Position numbers and translations under genes: made by a program. This document shows, piece after piece, positions 1-10,778 of a DNA stretch of 51,699 nucleotides (the first letter of the stretch is position 1; each line of letters begins with the position of its first letter). The DNA comes from an uncultured Pseudomonadales bacterium. Its GTDB lineage: Bacteria; Pseudomonadota; Gammaproteobacteria; Pseudomonadales; JAUIET01. The stretch covers positions 1 to 51,699 of the forward strand of contig CAZJDL010000006.1 in the NCBI GenBank assembly GCA_964544755.1. The letters are read 5' to 3'. Below the pieces are notes generated by a model. The model worked only from the letters and a program-made list of their open reading frames with translations. It was not told where the DNA came from and searched no databases.

Positions 1-126
1 GCTGCGCCGCGTTCACATGCCGGCGATGCAAGAAAATATCAAGGCATAAGCGATGGCGGGATACTTACCTGCGCCCGGGATCTGATAGCACAAAGACTCC
101 GGGTTTTATCGATGGTCAGGACTAAG

Positions 127-1452
127 CTATTTCAGCCATGCCCCGGAATGGTAACGCCACACGATAAGGCTCGCCTTAATTGAGTATTCACCCACCAGCG
201 AGCAATACACCCACACGACTGACAGGTCCAGCGATATGAACAACCAGGCCAGGCCGATACGGCCGAATATTAAACCGCACAGTGAACTGAATAACGGAAA
301 GCGCGTATCACCGGCGCCACGCAGCGCACCGGCAAGCGTCAGTTCAATCCCGATCAGCGGATGCACTGCCGCCAGTATGTAGATAAACAGCACGGTATGG
401 GCGACGACTTCATCGTCGTCTACGAAAAAGCGCGCGATCGGCTCCGCCCAAAAGGCAATGAGTACGGCAATGCCGGTCATGGTCGCCACGGCGAGTCCGG
501 TGGCGTGCCAACCGCTTTTACGCGCCATGTGGGGTTGTTTGGCGCCGATATACTGGCCAACCAGCGTGGCGCCGGCGATGCTAAACCCGAAGCCAACCAC
601 GATCGATACGGTTAGTAGCGATACGCCTATACCATAGGCCGCGTAAGGCGCGGTGCCGAAGCCGGCGACCAGCGCCAGAAATATCAGAAAACCACCTTGC
701 ACCAGGCCTTGCTCCAGTGCGGCGGGTAAGCCAATATTCAGCAGTTCGCGCGCTTTCTCCCTGCTGAAACCCGCGTGCTGCCGGGATGCCAGCGACAGTC
801 GCCCACTCATCCACCAATAAATCAGTGCGCCGTTGACAATAATTGCCGCCAGCCCAATGCCGGCGGGCATGCCATAAATATCCAGCCGTGGCAGGCCTAT
901 TTTTCCGTAGGTAAATGCGTACACTAACGCGCCATTGGCTGCGGTCAGAATAGCGGTATAGATCATGGGGCTGATCACGTCGCCGGTCGCGCGCATCGCG
1001 GTGGTAAGTATGATGCCTACCGCGAACACGACGTTGAAAGCGCTAATCCAGCGAATCAAGATCGCCGCATAGGCGGCGGCCTGGGGTTCCAGGTGGAAAG
1101 GTGTGACGAGTAGCTGTGGAAACGCAAATACAACAAGGCTTATTGCGGCGGTGAGAAGCACCGCTATCCATACCGCGTTCCAGGTGTAGCTGGCGGCGGC
1201 GGCCGGTTGGCGCGCACCCCAGGAGCGCGCGACCGTCGCCGTAGTCGCCGTCGACAAACCCATCAACAGCGCCATCAAAAAGAAAAAGAAGCGTTGGTTG
1301 GTCGTTACCGCAGCGACCGCAGCGGTGCCCAATGCGCCGATGATTTTTATATGGCTAAGATTAACCAGTGCATGACATAAATTTGCAACAATGCTTGGCC
1401 ACGCCAGCGTCCAAACGCTGGCGGGTTCGAAGGCGGTAGAATCGGAAGTCAA
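127..1452 (-). CDS. MATE family efflux transporter
   Basis: ~12 hydrophobic segments; MATE motifs (LAWPSIVAN, MRATGD..SPM, GQYIGAK, GALRGAGDTRFP). TTG start at 1452 preferred (GAGAG upstream); ORF is open to 1521. Confidence 0.9.
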   Translation of the reverse strand: MTSDSTAFEPASVWTLAWPSIVANLCHALVNLSHIKIIGALGTAAVAAVTTNQRFFFFLMALLMGLSTATTATVARSWGARQPAAAASYTWNAVWIAVLLTAAISLVVFAFPQLLVTPFHLEPQAAAYAAILIRWISAFNVVFAVGIILTTAMRATGDVISPMIYTAILTAANGALVYAFTYGKIGLPRLDIYGMPAGIGLAAIIVNGALIYWWMSGRLSLASRQHAGFSREKARELLNIGLPAALEQGLVQGGFLIFLALVAGFGTAPYAAYGIGVSLLTVSIVVGFGFSIAGATLVGQYIGAKQPHMARKSGWHATGLAVATMTGIAVLIAFWAEPIARFFVDDDEVVAHTVLFIYILAAVHPLIGIELTLAGALRGAGDTRFPLFSSLCGLIFGRIGLAWLFISLDLSVVWVYCSLVGEYSIKASLIVWRYHSGAWLK

Positions 1453-1696
1453 GCTCTCTAGCCCATGAACAATAAAAAACGCGCCAGCATACACTACCAG
1501 TCGAGTGTAACGGGCGGTCAATTAACGTACAATTAACATTGATCTGCCGCGTTGCTCCCCGGTTTTCTTCTCCGCAGCTTAAAGCGTAAGATGAGCACGT
1601 GTGAAGCTGGCGGTGCTCAATCGAGGGGAATGTAGAGTCGCCAAACAGCCGCCCGCTCCCTACGCCCGGCCAGGCGAGATTAACAAGAAACGACCT

Positions 1697-3250
1697 ATGG
1701 AAGACGTTAAAAATAATATCTTGCAGGAATTGCAACGCATGACGCGGTCGTTTTGTAACGAGCGTTTAGGCGTATTCTTCGCCCAATTGGCGCTGCAAAG
1801 CGCTGCCCCGCAAACAGAGCAGGCGGCGGCCGATGTGCTGACAGTAGTGCCGTTGCCGAAAACAGCGCATGCAGAATTTGTCGAAGGCTTTCTGGCGGCC
1901 ATTTCATACACTTTCGTCGATTTCCAGGATTTGCTCGACTACGATGCCGATCTGTTGGCTTTCACCGAAACCACCCGTGACGCAGTCGCGGGTGACCTGG
2001 CAATGCCGGCGATGGTCGACCAGGCCGAGCAGCGCTTTAGTGAATTGCTGGCTCGCTTAAACAAGCATCTGTCGCTTGTCGGCCAATGCGAAATTGGCAT
2101 TGCCACCAATCCGTTGGCGCCGGTTCATTTTGCGCTCGCTTTGGAACATGCGACTCAGAACTTGTCCTGGAATCTGCATACTCGCGTGGTCGCGCTGAAA
2201 GTGTTTGATGTCGAGTTCTTGCGCCAGTTGGGTGTGCTGTATGCCGCTATTGATCAGTATTTCATCGGCCAGTCTATTGTGCCTGAAAGTGAGCATTCCA
2301 ATAGCCAGGAAGAACCAAGCAGCGCACGGCCAGAGTCGCAGGAAACGACTATTGAAACGCTCCCGGCCACCATCGAAGTGACGCAAGATTCGGCCACCGC
2401 AGGTAATGCGCATCTTTTTGGCGCCGCAGAACCTGCCGCTGCCAATGACGCAGCCGACCCGCCGGTGCTGCAGCCGGTCGATCATGTCAACCAGCTATTT
2501 AGCGTGTATCTGGACAAGCGCGCGCTGAACGAACAGCTGGTCAACCTTTTCAGTGATCTTTACCTGCCCTATGTGCAACTGGCGTCGGCCGATGCGGCGT
2601 TTGCTCATACTGATGAACACCCGGCCAAACATTTGCTCGACAGCTTCACCAAAGCGTGCAAAATCTATCAGGAGAAAGCCGACGTATTACAAAAATCGGC
2701 ATTGTTGCTCGAGATGAAATCGGTAGTGCGACGCGTGGTCGAGGAAAGCGAGGCGAAGCGTGAAGTGTTTGCCGATGCGGCGTTTCGTTTCAGCGCCTAT
2801 CTGCGCCAGTATGAACGACAAATCACAAAGCAGAATAACAGCCGGAAAACGCAACAGAGTGGTTTGCGTCATCTTGACGGCTGGAAGCAGCATGTAAATC
2901 ACGTCATTCGCAGCAAGATGGAAGTGCATCCCGAAGCGGTGCCCGAAGCGGTCAGTCTGTTCTTAACCGGCCCTTGGGTCGACTATATGGCGGGCCAGTA
3001 TCTCAACGCCGCCACGCGCAACGTGCAGCCTACACAAACCTTGGCGCTGGTGGATGAAATTCTTGCCTATGCTGCACCGGTTCGCGCTGAAAATGCACCG
3101 GAGTTTGCCGCTATTGCAACGCCGATACGGCAAAGCTTAATCGCCTGCGGCATAGACGAGAAGGAAATCAGGCAGTTTTTGTTGCAAGTCATGCATTTCC
3201 ATCGACTCGCGCTGCGCGGCTTGCAAAACGATAAGGCGTTTGCTGAATGA
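1697..3250 (+). CDS. DUF1631 family protein
   Basis: Helical protein with NPLAP..F, 'VALKVFD', 'D..F....HPAKHLLD' and 'FLTGPW' segments typical of DUF1631; ATG at 1697 (ORF open from 1601). Confidence 0.65.
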   Translation: MEDVKNNILQELQRMTRSFCNERLGVFFAQLALQSAAPQTEQAAADVLTVVPLPKTAHAEFVEGFLAAISYTFVDFQDLLDYDADLLAFTETTRDAVAGDLAMPAMVDQAEQRFSELLARLNKHLSLVGQCEIGIATNPLAPVHFALALEHATQNLSWNLHTRVVALKVFDVEFLRQLGVLYAAIDQYFIGQSIVPESEHSNSQEEPSSARPESQETTIETLPATIEVTQDSATAGNAHLFGAAEPAAANDAADPPVLQPVDHVNQLFSVYLDKRALNEQLVNLFSDLYLPYVQLASADAAFAHTDEHPAKHLLDSFTKACKIYQEKADVLQKSALLLEMKSVVRRVVEESEAKREVFADAAFRFSAYLRQYERQITKQNNSRKTQQSGLRHLDGWKQHVNHVIRSKMEVHPEAVPEAVSLFLTGPWVDYMAGQYLNAATRNVQPTQTLALVDEILAYAAPVRAENAPEFAAIATPIRQSLIACGIDEKEIRQFLLQVMHFHRLALRGLQNDKAFAE

Positions 3251-3626
3251 TGTGCCGTTACCGGCCAGGCTGGTAGCAACATAAACTTATAAAATTTTCG
3301 TCAAAATACAGTATGAGTTTGCTTGCAGCAATCGTCAGGTCTGCGAAGATGTGTAAGCGAGTCATCGGATTGAATATCGGAAATTGCCTTTGTTGCAGCA
3401 ACAGGAATGCCGACAACAGGCCAGCAAAACTTATGCTGAATATGAAAGGGAGAGAAAAGAGCTGGAGAAGGACGAGTGAATATAGCCCGTCAGCCGCGTA
3501 GCGCAAAAAAACGTACCGCTGACGCTGCCGCCGCGCACAACAGCGAAGTCATGCCAATGCCAATTGTTGTGAAATCGAAGCTATTCTGGTTTACACTCTT
3601 CTGATCGTAAGGAGTATTGCGAAGAA

Positions 3627-4886
3627 ATGCCTAAGCCATCCGCTACTATCAAGTTGTTCGCTATAAATGAGGCGAATGACGCGCGGTTCGAAGATCAGGC
3701 ATATACAGAGTCTGTTGGTGGCCGCTTGCGACACGAGCGTGAAGCGCAGCGCATTTCCGAAAAAGCAGCGGCGCATAAATTGCATCTGATGGTCACCGAT
3801 CTGCGCGCTATAGAGTCTGATAGTTATAACCCTACGGCGCATGACGACCTGTTAAGAAACTATTTGCGTGATTACGCTAATTTTTTGGCGCTTAATCCTG
3901 ACTCCATTCTTGCGATCTACGATCGACAGGCGGGCACGAGCTTTCACCGTGGCACGCACAGAATCGATGATATCCCCAGAGCTCAAGCGACAGGTGCCGG
4001 TAGTCTGGTCACCGGTAGTTTGGTCGTGGCAACGGTGGTGTTGGGGTTTCTGGTTATCGTGCAATTTACTGATACAAGCACGGTTAACGCCTTACTGGCC
4101 GGCCGTGACGATCGAGCCGGGGCCGAAGCGCAGCAATCTGTAATGCCGCAAACGGCTGATACCGACACAGCGGCCGACGATGATGTCGATCTTACGCTGG
4201 TAGATGTTCAAGATGAGGCCGCGTTGACGCCGGTAGCGTCAGGCCTTGCGAGTACGGGCTTTGCGACGGCGTTGCTAACGACGTCGGGCCAACCCATCGA
4301 TCAAGCCGAAGAAGGCGATCTGCCGACGCCGGCCGCAGCGGAACCGCAGCCGGCATTGAACCTGGAAACCCCAGTTGGCTCGCGCAAGTATGCACAAGCT
4401 CTTAATGCACCTGAAAAACCCGAAAAAGCGCTCATCACCAGCCACCAGCGGAACGTCGGCAATTCGATGACCGAAGTGCTGGCCGCTTATCGCCGGGACG
4501 ACAGTGCTAGCCCCGCAGCGCCAGCCGCCACAGCAATAGATGAGCTGGCGTTCAGATTTGCTAGAGACTGTTGGGTAGAGGTTTATGACGCCAATAATAA
4601 CCGCCTGATTGCGAAAACCAGTAAAGCCGGTGACAAGTTGCACCTCAGTGGGAAGTCGCCCTTTAACGTGTTGGTGGGTCACTCACGTGAAGTAGTGCTG
4701 CAGTTTAATGGCCACCCGGTAGAAATCGAAAAAATAGAGCGCAGCTTTTCGACCCTGTTCAAAGTTGAGCGGGCTAGTGCGGATGCTGTGTTACCTGATG
4801 TGGCACCCAAAGTGACGACTATACGGCGTAAATGGCCCGACTATCCCGCCGAATCGACTGCGCTAAATATTCGCGTAGAAGGCTGA
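3627..4886 (+). CDS. RodZ-like protein (degenerate HTH, single TM, DUF4115 domain)
   Basis: GGRLRHERE..LRAIESDSY..NYLRDYANFLAL HTH-like region, TM helix, low-complexity linker, DUF4115 motif FARDCWVEVYDA..GKSPFNVLVG..LQFNG. Confidence 0.75.
   Translation: MPKPSATIKLFAINEANDARFEDQAYTESVGGRLRHEREAQRISEKAAAHKLHLMVTDLRAIESDSYNPTAHDDLLRNYLRDYANFLALNPDSILAIYDRQAGTSFHRGTHRIDDIPRAQATGAGSLVTGSLVVATVVLGFLVIVQFTDTSTVNALLAGRDDRAGAEAQQSVMPQTADTDTAADDDVDLTLVDVQDEAALTPVASGLASTGFATALLTTSGQPIDQAEEGDLPTPAAAEPQPALNLETPVGSRKYAQALNAPEKPEKALITSHQRNVGNSMTEVLAAYRRDDSASPAAPAATAIDELAFRFARDCWVEVYDANNNRLIAKTSKAGDKLHLSGKSPFNVLVGHSREVVLQFNGHPVEIEKIERSFSTLFKVERASADAVLPDVAPKVTTIRRKWPDYPAESTALNIRVEG
4361..4440 (+). repeat. 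Left arm of the palindromic MITE-like element, in frame within the RodZ-like CDS
   Basis: 71/80 nt identical (manual alignment) to 12699-12778; encodes LETPVGSRKYAQALNAPEKPEKALIT. Confidence 0.9.
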
Positions 4887-4926
4887 AAAAAAGAACCCAC
4901 GCTGTAGCGGTGCCGCGCGATACTTT

Positions 4927-5784
4927 TCAGACATTCGTGCTGAAAGTGTCGCATTGGTTGATGTCGCCAGTTTCCAAGCCACGCCTGAACCACTTCACAC
5001 GCTGCTTTGAGCTGCCGTGGGTAAATGACTCCGGTGTGACATAGCCGCGGCCTTGCTTTTGCAGGCGGTCGTCGCCAATGGCGCTGGCGGCGTTCAAGCC
5101 TTCTTCCAAATCACCCTGCTCAAGAATGTTGTGGGTGCGGTGTGCATGGTTAGCCCATACGCCGGCGAGGCAATCGGCCTGTAATTCCTGCCGTACCGAC
5201 AGAGCATTACCCTGTTTCTTGCTCACGCGCTGGCGTTGCGTCATCACCTGCTTGGAAATGCCCAACAGGGTTTGCACATGGTGACCGATTTCATGCGCCA
5301 CCACATAAGCCTGGGCAAAATCGCCGGGCGCGCCGAAGCGATTCTTCAAATCACTGTAAAAACTGAGGTCGATATAGACTTTTTGGCCGCCGGGGCAGTA
5401 AAAAGGACCCATTGCGGATTGAGCGTAGCCGCAAGCCGATTCCACCGCGCCGCTGAACAATACCAACGTGGGTTCTTTATAAGTGCGGCCAAGCTGTTGC
5501 TGAAAAATCACACTCCAGGTGTCTTCAGTATAGCCAAGCACAGCCTCAGTAAACGCCACCAGCTCTTCTTGTTCGGCGGGTATGGGCTGTTGCTCATTGT
5601 GCGCGGGGGAGGTCGGCCCGCCAGCGCCCTGCAATACAACACTGGGATCGACCCCGAAATACATCGCCACCAGCGCCAGCACCAGAATACCGATCCCGCC
5701 GCCGCCGATGCTTGCACGACGCGACATTCCAGCGCCGCGCCGATCTTCTACATTTTGACTACGACGGCCTGTTTTCCAGCGCAT
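4927..5784 (-). CDS. ypfJ: Neutral zinc metallopeptidase, YpfJ family
   Basis: MRW..RRSQNVEDRR start, GPFYCP, AHEIGHHVQ (HExxH), ELQADC, IGDD, FTHGSS. Confidence 0.9.
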   Translation of the reverse strand: MRWKTGRRSQNVEDRRGAGMSRRASIGGGGIGILVLALVAMYFGVDPSVVLQGAGGPTSPAHNEQQPIPAEQEELVAFTEAVLGYTEDTWSVIFQQQLGRTYKEPTLVLFSGAVESACGYAQSAMGPFYCPGGQKVYIDLSFYSDLKNRFGAPGDFAQAYVVAHEIGHHVQTLLGISKQVMTQRQRVSKKQGNALSVRQELQADCLAGVWANHAHRTHNILEQGDLEEGLNAASAIGDDRLQKQGRGYVTPESFTHGSSKQRVKWFRRGLETGDINQCDTFSTNV

Positions 5785-5849
5785 GCTGTTGATCCCGGTA
5801 TGACGATTCGAATGGAAATGCTAACAGAAATTGGCGGCTGACGCTTCAG

Positions 5850-5884
5850 CCTAGAAACCGCAGTTGGGCGCGAAAAAGATGTGC
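5850..5884 (-). repeat. Remnant right end of the MITE-like element
   Basis: CCTAGAAACCGCAGTTGGGCGCGAAAAAGATGTGC is the exact reverse complement of 12845-12879. Confidence 0.9.
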
Positions 5885-6107
5885 AAGCTGACCTGATAGC
5901 GACCTCCAGGGGCGGATACGCCTATGAAAATATGCGCTCCGTCACGGCTATAAACGATATTGGCTGAAAATCAAGCAAGTCGCTCGCAGGTGGCGCTCGC
6001 TTGCATTGTGACGACTTGGTGTAAAAGTCCTCCATAACGGTTACGGTGCCTACTTTATCTATGGTAACGTTAGCGCCAATAAAGCGAATGCTGGAGGGTG
6101 CAGTACC

Positions 6108-6716
6108 ATGGGAACAGCCACAATTGTTTTGTTAGTGGTCATCGTTGGTTTGGCATTGTTTGTAGTCAATATCTATAACCAGTTGGTGACCTTAAAAAAC
6201 CGTTTCAAAAATGCTTTCTCGCAAATCGAAGTGCAGCTAAAACGGCGCTACGACCTGATTCCAAACCTGATCGAAACCGCGAAGGGTTACCTGTCGCACG
6301 AACGCGAAACGCTGGAGGCAGTGACCAATGCGCGCAACCAGGCCATGGCCGGTTTGCAGGCGGCGGCGGCTGACCCCGGCAGCCCGCAGGCCATGCAACA
6401 GCTGGGTGCCGCGGAAACCGCGCTGGGCAGTGCATTGGGTCGCTTGAATGTAGTGATGGAAGCGTACCCGGACTTGAAAGCCAATCAAAATATGATGCAA
6501 CTCAGTGAAGAGCTGACCAGCACCGAGAACAAAGTCGCGTTTTCCCGGCAGGCTTACAACGACTCGGTCATGGCGTACAACACGTACCGGCAAACCTTCC
6601 CGCCGAATGTTTTCGCCCCTATGTTTGGTCACCCGGAAGACGCCACTTTGCTGGAATACGAAGACATTGAAGCGCTACAGGAAGCCCCCAAAGTCAGCTT
6701 TTCGCAGGATTCGTAG
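6108..6716 (+). CDS. lemA: LemA family protein
   Basis: N-terminal TM; YN.LV..KN...NAFSQIEVQLKRRYDLIPNL; EAYPDLKA; ENKVAFSRQAYND; GGAGG RBS. Confidence 0.95.
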   Translation: MGTATIVLLVVIVGLALFVVNIYNQLVTLKNRFKNAFSQIEVQLKRRYDLIPNLIETAKGYLSHERETLEAVTNARNQAMAGLQAAAADPGSPQAMQQLGAAETALGSALGRLNVVMEAYPDLKANQNMMQLSEELTSTENKVAFSRQAYNDSVMAYNTYRQTFPPNVFAPMFGHPEDATLLEYEDIEALQEAPKVSFSQDS

Positions 6717-6755
6717 CGCCAGCGTCAACACCTTGATGGGGCACGAGGCGGTGCA

Positions 6756-8699
6756 GTGAACTTTTTCGAATCGCAAGATCGTGCGCGGCGCAAAACAACC
6801 CAGCTCATCATTCTGTTTTCCTTGGCCGTCATCAGTCTGGTCGTGTTGACCAATGTGGTGGTGGTTCTGTTCGCCGTTTTTACTACCCAGGGCAGCATTG
6901 CGACCGCCGACTGGCGCGCTGCGCTGAGCAGCGTCGGCTGGGATACGCAGGTGTTTATCAGCATAGGCGTTGTGTTAGTCATCGGCGCCGCTAGCCTGTA
7001 TAAAGTCGCGACACTGGCGGGCGGTGGTGCGGCAGTGGCCGAGTCGTTAGGTGGTAAGTTGATCAACAGCAATACCAGCGATCTGAGCGAACGCCGGGTG
7101 CTCAACGTGGTTGAGGAAATGGCGATCGCCGCTGGCCTGCCGGTGCCGCCGGTATACATGATGGACGAAGATGGCATCAACGCCTTCGCCGCCGGGTTTC
7201 AGGCGCAGGACGCGGTGATCGGCGTGACCCGCGGCACCGTGCAGCTTCTCAACCGCGAAGAATTGCAAGGTGTAATCGGCCACGAGTTTAGCCATATTCT
7301 GCACGGCGATATGCGCATCAACATTCGTTTAATGGGCGCGCTGTACGGCATTATGGTGATTGGTATGGTCGGCTATTTTGTTATGCGCACTTTTGCGCAT
7401 TCCAATGCGCGGCGCTCGTCTAACAGTAATAATCAGGGCGCGTTACCGTTTTTGGTGCTTGGTGTGGGCTTGATGATTATCGGCTATGCTGGCACGTTCT
7501 TTGGCAATTTGATTAAGGCCTCGGTCAGTCGCCAGCGCGAATTTTTGGCCGACGCGTCTACGGTGCAGTACACTCGCAATCCCGGTGGTATCGCCGGAGC
7601 GCTGAAAAAAATCGGCGCAGCAAGTCAGGGTTCAAAGATACTGCACCCCCATGCGGCGGAGGTCAGCCATATGTTTTTCGGCCAGGCGGTGCGCGTGGCG
7701 TTCAATACTTTTTTGGCAACCCATCCACCGCTGCGCAAGCGCATCAAGCGCCTCGAGCCCGGCTGGGACGGCAAGTTTCCCGAGTTGGGAGCGGCTTCCA
7801 GCGCGGCAACTGCCAGTTCTTTCGACGCGCGAGAGCAGGTGGCGGGTTTGGCCGGCGCCAGTGTTGCCGCTGCGGAAACGGCTAGTCTTCTCGACTCGAT
7901 TGGTCAGCTTGACGAGCAGCATATCGACTATTCGCGCCAATTGATCGCGTCCGTTACCGATCGAGTCCTGACGGCCGCGCACGAACCCGCGGGCGCCAAA
8001 GCGGTAGTTTATGCGCTATTGTTCGCCGCCGATCCGGCCACGCGTGCGCAACAACTCGACCGCGTTGAACAGGCCGAGGATGCACCCACGTTTCAAACGC
8101 TGATCAACCTGCTGCCCGATATCGAACAGTTGGGCGTTGAATATCGTTTGCCGTTAATCGATATCTGCATTCCCGTGCTTAAAACGTTGTATCACGATCA
8201 GTACCGCGAGTTTCGCCGGCTGGTGCTGGCGCTGATGCGGGCCGATGACCATATCGATTTATTTGAATGGTGTTTGCATCGGCTGCTGGTGCGCCATCTT
8301 GACCCGGTATTCAGCCGCGTGCGGCCGCCGAAGATACGTTATGATAATATCGAGAAACTGGAACAACATTGCGCAGTCTTACTGGCTGCGCTTGCCTATG
8401 CGGGTGCGGAATCGGACGCACAAGCGCAGCAGGCTTTCGTGCAAGGTATGGCGGAACTCGATTTTACCGCTGCCGGCTTACCTGGCAAACGCAAGGCGGC
8501 CTTGCTGGAAATTGACAAGGCGCTGGCCGAGTTGAATAGTTTAACGCCCTTGCAAAAACCGCGTCTTATCAAAGCCTGCGCACGATGCGTGGTGGCCGAT
8601 GAAAAAATTCTAGCGCAGGAAGTTGAGCTGGTTCGCGCCATCGCCGATAGCCTCGATGTGCCGCTGCCACCGCGGTTGGCGGGGCAGAAGATGTTTTAG
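6756..8699 (+). CDS. M48 (HtpX-like) membrane zinc metalloprotease with C-terminal extension
   Basis: NVVEEMAIA, INAFAAG, GVIGHEFSH, SRQREFLAD, THPPL; typical LemA partner. Confidence 0.9.
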   Translation: MNFFESQDRARRKTTQLIILFSLAVISLVVLTNVVVVLFAVFTTQGSIATADWRAALSSVGWDTQVFISIGVVLVIGAASLYKVATLAGGGAAVAESLGGKLINSNTSDLSERRVLNVVEEMAIAAGLPVPPVYMMDEDGINAFAAGFQAQDAVIGVTRGTVQLLNREELQGVIGHEFSHILHGDMRINIRLMGALYGIMVIGMVGYFVMRTFAHSNARRSSNSNNQGALPFLVLGVGLMIIGYAGTFFGNLIKASVSRQREFLADASTVQYTRNPGGIAGALKKIGAASQGSKILHPHAAEVSHMFFGQAVRVAFNTFLATHPPLRKRIKRLEPGWDGKFPELGAASSAATASSFDAREQVAGLAGASVAAAETASLLDSIGQLDEQHIDYSRQLIASVTDRVLTAAHEPAGAKAVVYALLFAADPATRAQQLDRVEQAEDAPTFQTLINLLPDIEQLGVEYRLPLIDICIPVLKTLYHDQYREFRRLVLALMRADDHIDLFEWCLHRLLVRHLDPVFSRVRPPKIRYDNIEKLEQHCAVLLAALAYAGAESDAQAQQAFVQGMAELDFTAAGLPGKRKAALLEIDKALAELNSLTPLQKPRLIKACARCVVADEKILAQEVELVRAIADSLDVPLPPRLAGQKMF

Positions 8700-8732
8700 A
8701 AGGATAGTTCAATGTCGAGACCGGCCTAAATA

Positions 8733-9650
8733 GTGGCTAACGTAGACGTGCGAATACTCGTGACGGGGGGCACCGGTTTTATTGGTGTGCCGCTGGTGCG
8801 CGCGCTGCGTGAGCAAGGCTATCGCGTGCTGGTGCTAACGCGGCAGCAAGCGCTTAAACAACAGAGTGATAGCAATGTGCGCTTTATCAACAGCCTCGAT
8901 GAAATCGGCAACGGCGAGCGCATAGAGTCAATGGTTAATCTGGCCGGCGAGTCGCTAGCGGCGCGGCGTTGGTCGGCGCAACAGAAGGCGAAACTGATCG
9001 GCAGCCGGCTGGACACGACGCGCGAACTCTTTAGTCTGGCACAACGACTGCAGAGCAAACCGGCGGCGCTAATTAACGCATCGGCCATTGGCTATTACGG
9101 CCCGCAAGGCGATCAATCGCTGGATGAATCGGCGCCGCCGGTTGCCAGCTTTTCGCAGCAGCTTTGCCAGCAGTGGGAAGCTGCTGCGCAGGAATTTGCA
9201 AGCCTGGGCACTCGCGTTTGTTTGTTGCGCTTCGGCATTGTGTTAGGTTCCGACGGCGGCCCGTTTGCCGAGCTGCGCAAATCGTTTGACTGGGGCGTTG
9301 CCAGCCAGTTTGCTGATGGTAAGCAATGGATGTCGTGGATTCATCGTGACGATGTTATCGGCATCATTTTGTTTGCGTTGCAGCACGCCGATATCGAAGG
9401 GCCGGTTAACACGACCGCGCCGGAACCAGTAACGAACGCGCAGTTTTGCGCGGCGATGCAAAATAACAAACGTACTTTTTTACGCCTGCGCCTACCTGCG
9501 TTTTTGCTCCGCACAATGGTAGGGGAGATGGCCGACGAGCTGTTGTTAACCGGGCAGCGGGTTGTCCCGAAAAAACTAACGGATAGCGGCTACACCTTTA
9601 AGTATCCAGCGCTGCAGAGTGCATTGCGGAATTTGCTGCGATCACAGTAA
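8733..9650 (+). CDS. TIGR01777 family NAD-dependent epimerase/oxidoreductase (YfcH-like)
   Basis: TGGTGFIG, NLAGE, ASAIGYYG, QWMSWIHRDD, GQRVVP. Confidence 0.92.
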   Translation: MANVDVRILVTGGTGFIGVPLVRALREQGYRVLVLTRQQALKQQSDSNVRFINSLDEIGNGERIESMVNLAGESLAARRWSAQQKAKLIGSRLDTTRELFSLAQRLQSKPAALINASAIGYYGPQGDQSLDESAPPVASFSQQLCQQWEAAAQEFASLGTRVCLLRFGIVLGSDGGPFAELRKSFDWGVASQFADGKQWMSWIHRDDVIGIILFALQHADIEGPVNTTAPEPVTNAQFCAAMQNNKRTFLRLRLPAFLLRTMVGEMADELLLTGQRVVPKKLTDSGYTFKYPALQSALRNLLRSQ

Positions 9651-9765
9651 AAGCAGGCCGGCCCTAAGACTAATCGGAACTGCAAAGGCCTGCATTGAGG
9701 GAGAATTTTCGGGCCGGCCTAGCAGGCTAAGCAGGTATCATTCGCCGGCGTTGGTTTTTGCACCG

Positions 9766-10776
9766 TCAACCGCCGGTCATATTCATAAAGCGCAGAATTT
9801 GCGGTTCCTGCTGCAGGTCGAAATGATGTTTCTCGGGCTTGAGCCGCATCGCGTCGACGATGGCATGTTCAAGTTGATCCTGGCCGCTAGCGCCTTCACG
9901 TAAAATACTTTTCAGGTCGATCGAATGCTCGTTGCCCAGGCACAACAGCAGGCGGCCTTCGACGGTGACCCGCACGCGGTTACACTGCGCGCAGAAGTTA
10001 TGGCTATGCGGGGAGATAAAACCGACTCTAATCGCGCTGTCAGCCATTTTGTAATACTTGGATGGTCCACCGGTGAAATCTTCGCTAGGCGACAAGGCGT
10101 AGTGTTGTGCGATTGAGCTGCGCACCTGGTCGCTGGAGCAGTATGTGAGAGCACGGTCATGATCGTCGATCAGCCCGAGTGGCATTTCTTCGATAAATGA
10201 AATATCCAACTTGCGGTCGCGACAGAAGTCGATCAAATTCATGATCTCGTCTTCGTTGCGACCGTTGAGAATAACGCTATTAATTTTGGTGTGCTCGAAG
10301 CCGGCGGCCTGCGCGGCTTCGATGCCGCGCAGCACGGTAGCCAGATCACCGGTGCGCGTTATTCTGCGAAAGCGGTCTGCCCTTAAGCTGTCGAGGCTGA
10401 TATTGAGGCGCGTTACGCCAGCTTGTTTGAGCTGCCGTGCGAGTTTGGGCAATTGCGAACCGTTGGTGGTTAAGGCCAGCTCGTGCAGATCATCGAGCGC
10501 GGCGATGTTTTCAACCAGCGACAGTATATTCTTGCGTATCAGCGGTTCACCGCCGGTCAGGCGAATTTTGTTTACGCCGAGTCCAACGAAAGCTTGCGCT
10601 AGCCGTGCAATTTCTTCCAACGATAGTATTTGAGCACGTGGTAAAAACTGCATATGTTCGGCCATGCAGTACACGCAACGGAAATCACAGCGGTCGGTGA
10701 CCGACAGGCGCACATAGCTAACGCGGCGCTGAAAATTGTCGACTAGCTGTGGTTTGATGGCAGCGTTCACTAACAC
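9766..10776 (-). CDS. moaA: GTP 3',8-cyclase MoaA
   Basis: [15 protein letters not shown] radical-SAM motif, [16 protein letters not shown]-terminal GG. Confidence 0.95.
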   Translation of the reverse strand: MLVNAAIKPQLVDNFQRRVSYVRLSVTDRCDFRCVYCMAEHMQFLPRAQILSLEEIARLAQAFVGLGVNKIRLTGGEPLIRKNILSLVENIAALDDLHELALTTNGSQLPKLARQLKQAGVTRLNISLDSLRADRFRRITRTGDLATVLRGIEAAQAAGFEHTKINSVILNGRNEDEIMNLIDFCRDRKLDISFIEEMPLGLIDDHDRALTYCSSDQVRSSIAQHYALSPSEDFTGGPSKYYKMADSAIRVGFISPHSHNFCAQCNRVRVTVEGRLLLCLGNEHSIDLKSILREGASGQDQLEHAIVDAMRLKPEKHHFDLQQEPQILRFMNMTGG

Positions 10777-10778
10777 GA

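Noticed and set aside
4361-5884. Composite transposon formed by the MITE remnants at 4361 and 5850
   Set aside because: Both ends read inward in the same direction, so they do not bracket the DNA between them.
9655-9720. 10-bp inverted repeat between convergent genes
   Set aside because: Single GC-rich occurrence with a 46-nt spacer; cannot be called a REP or terminator.
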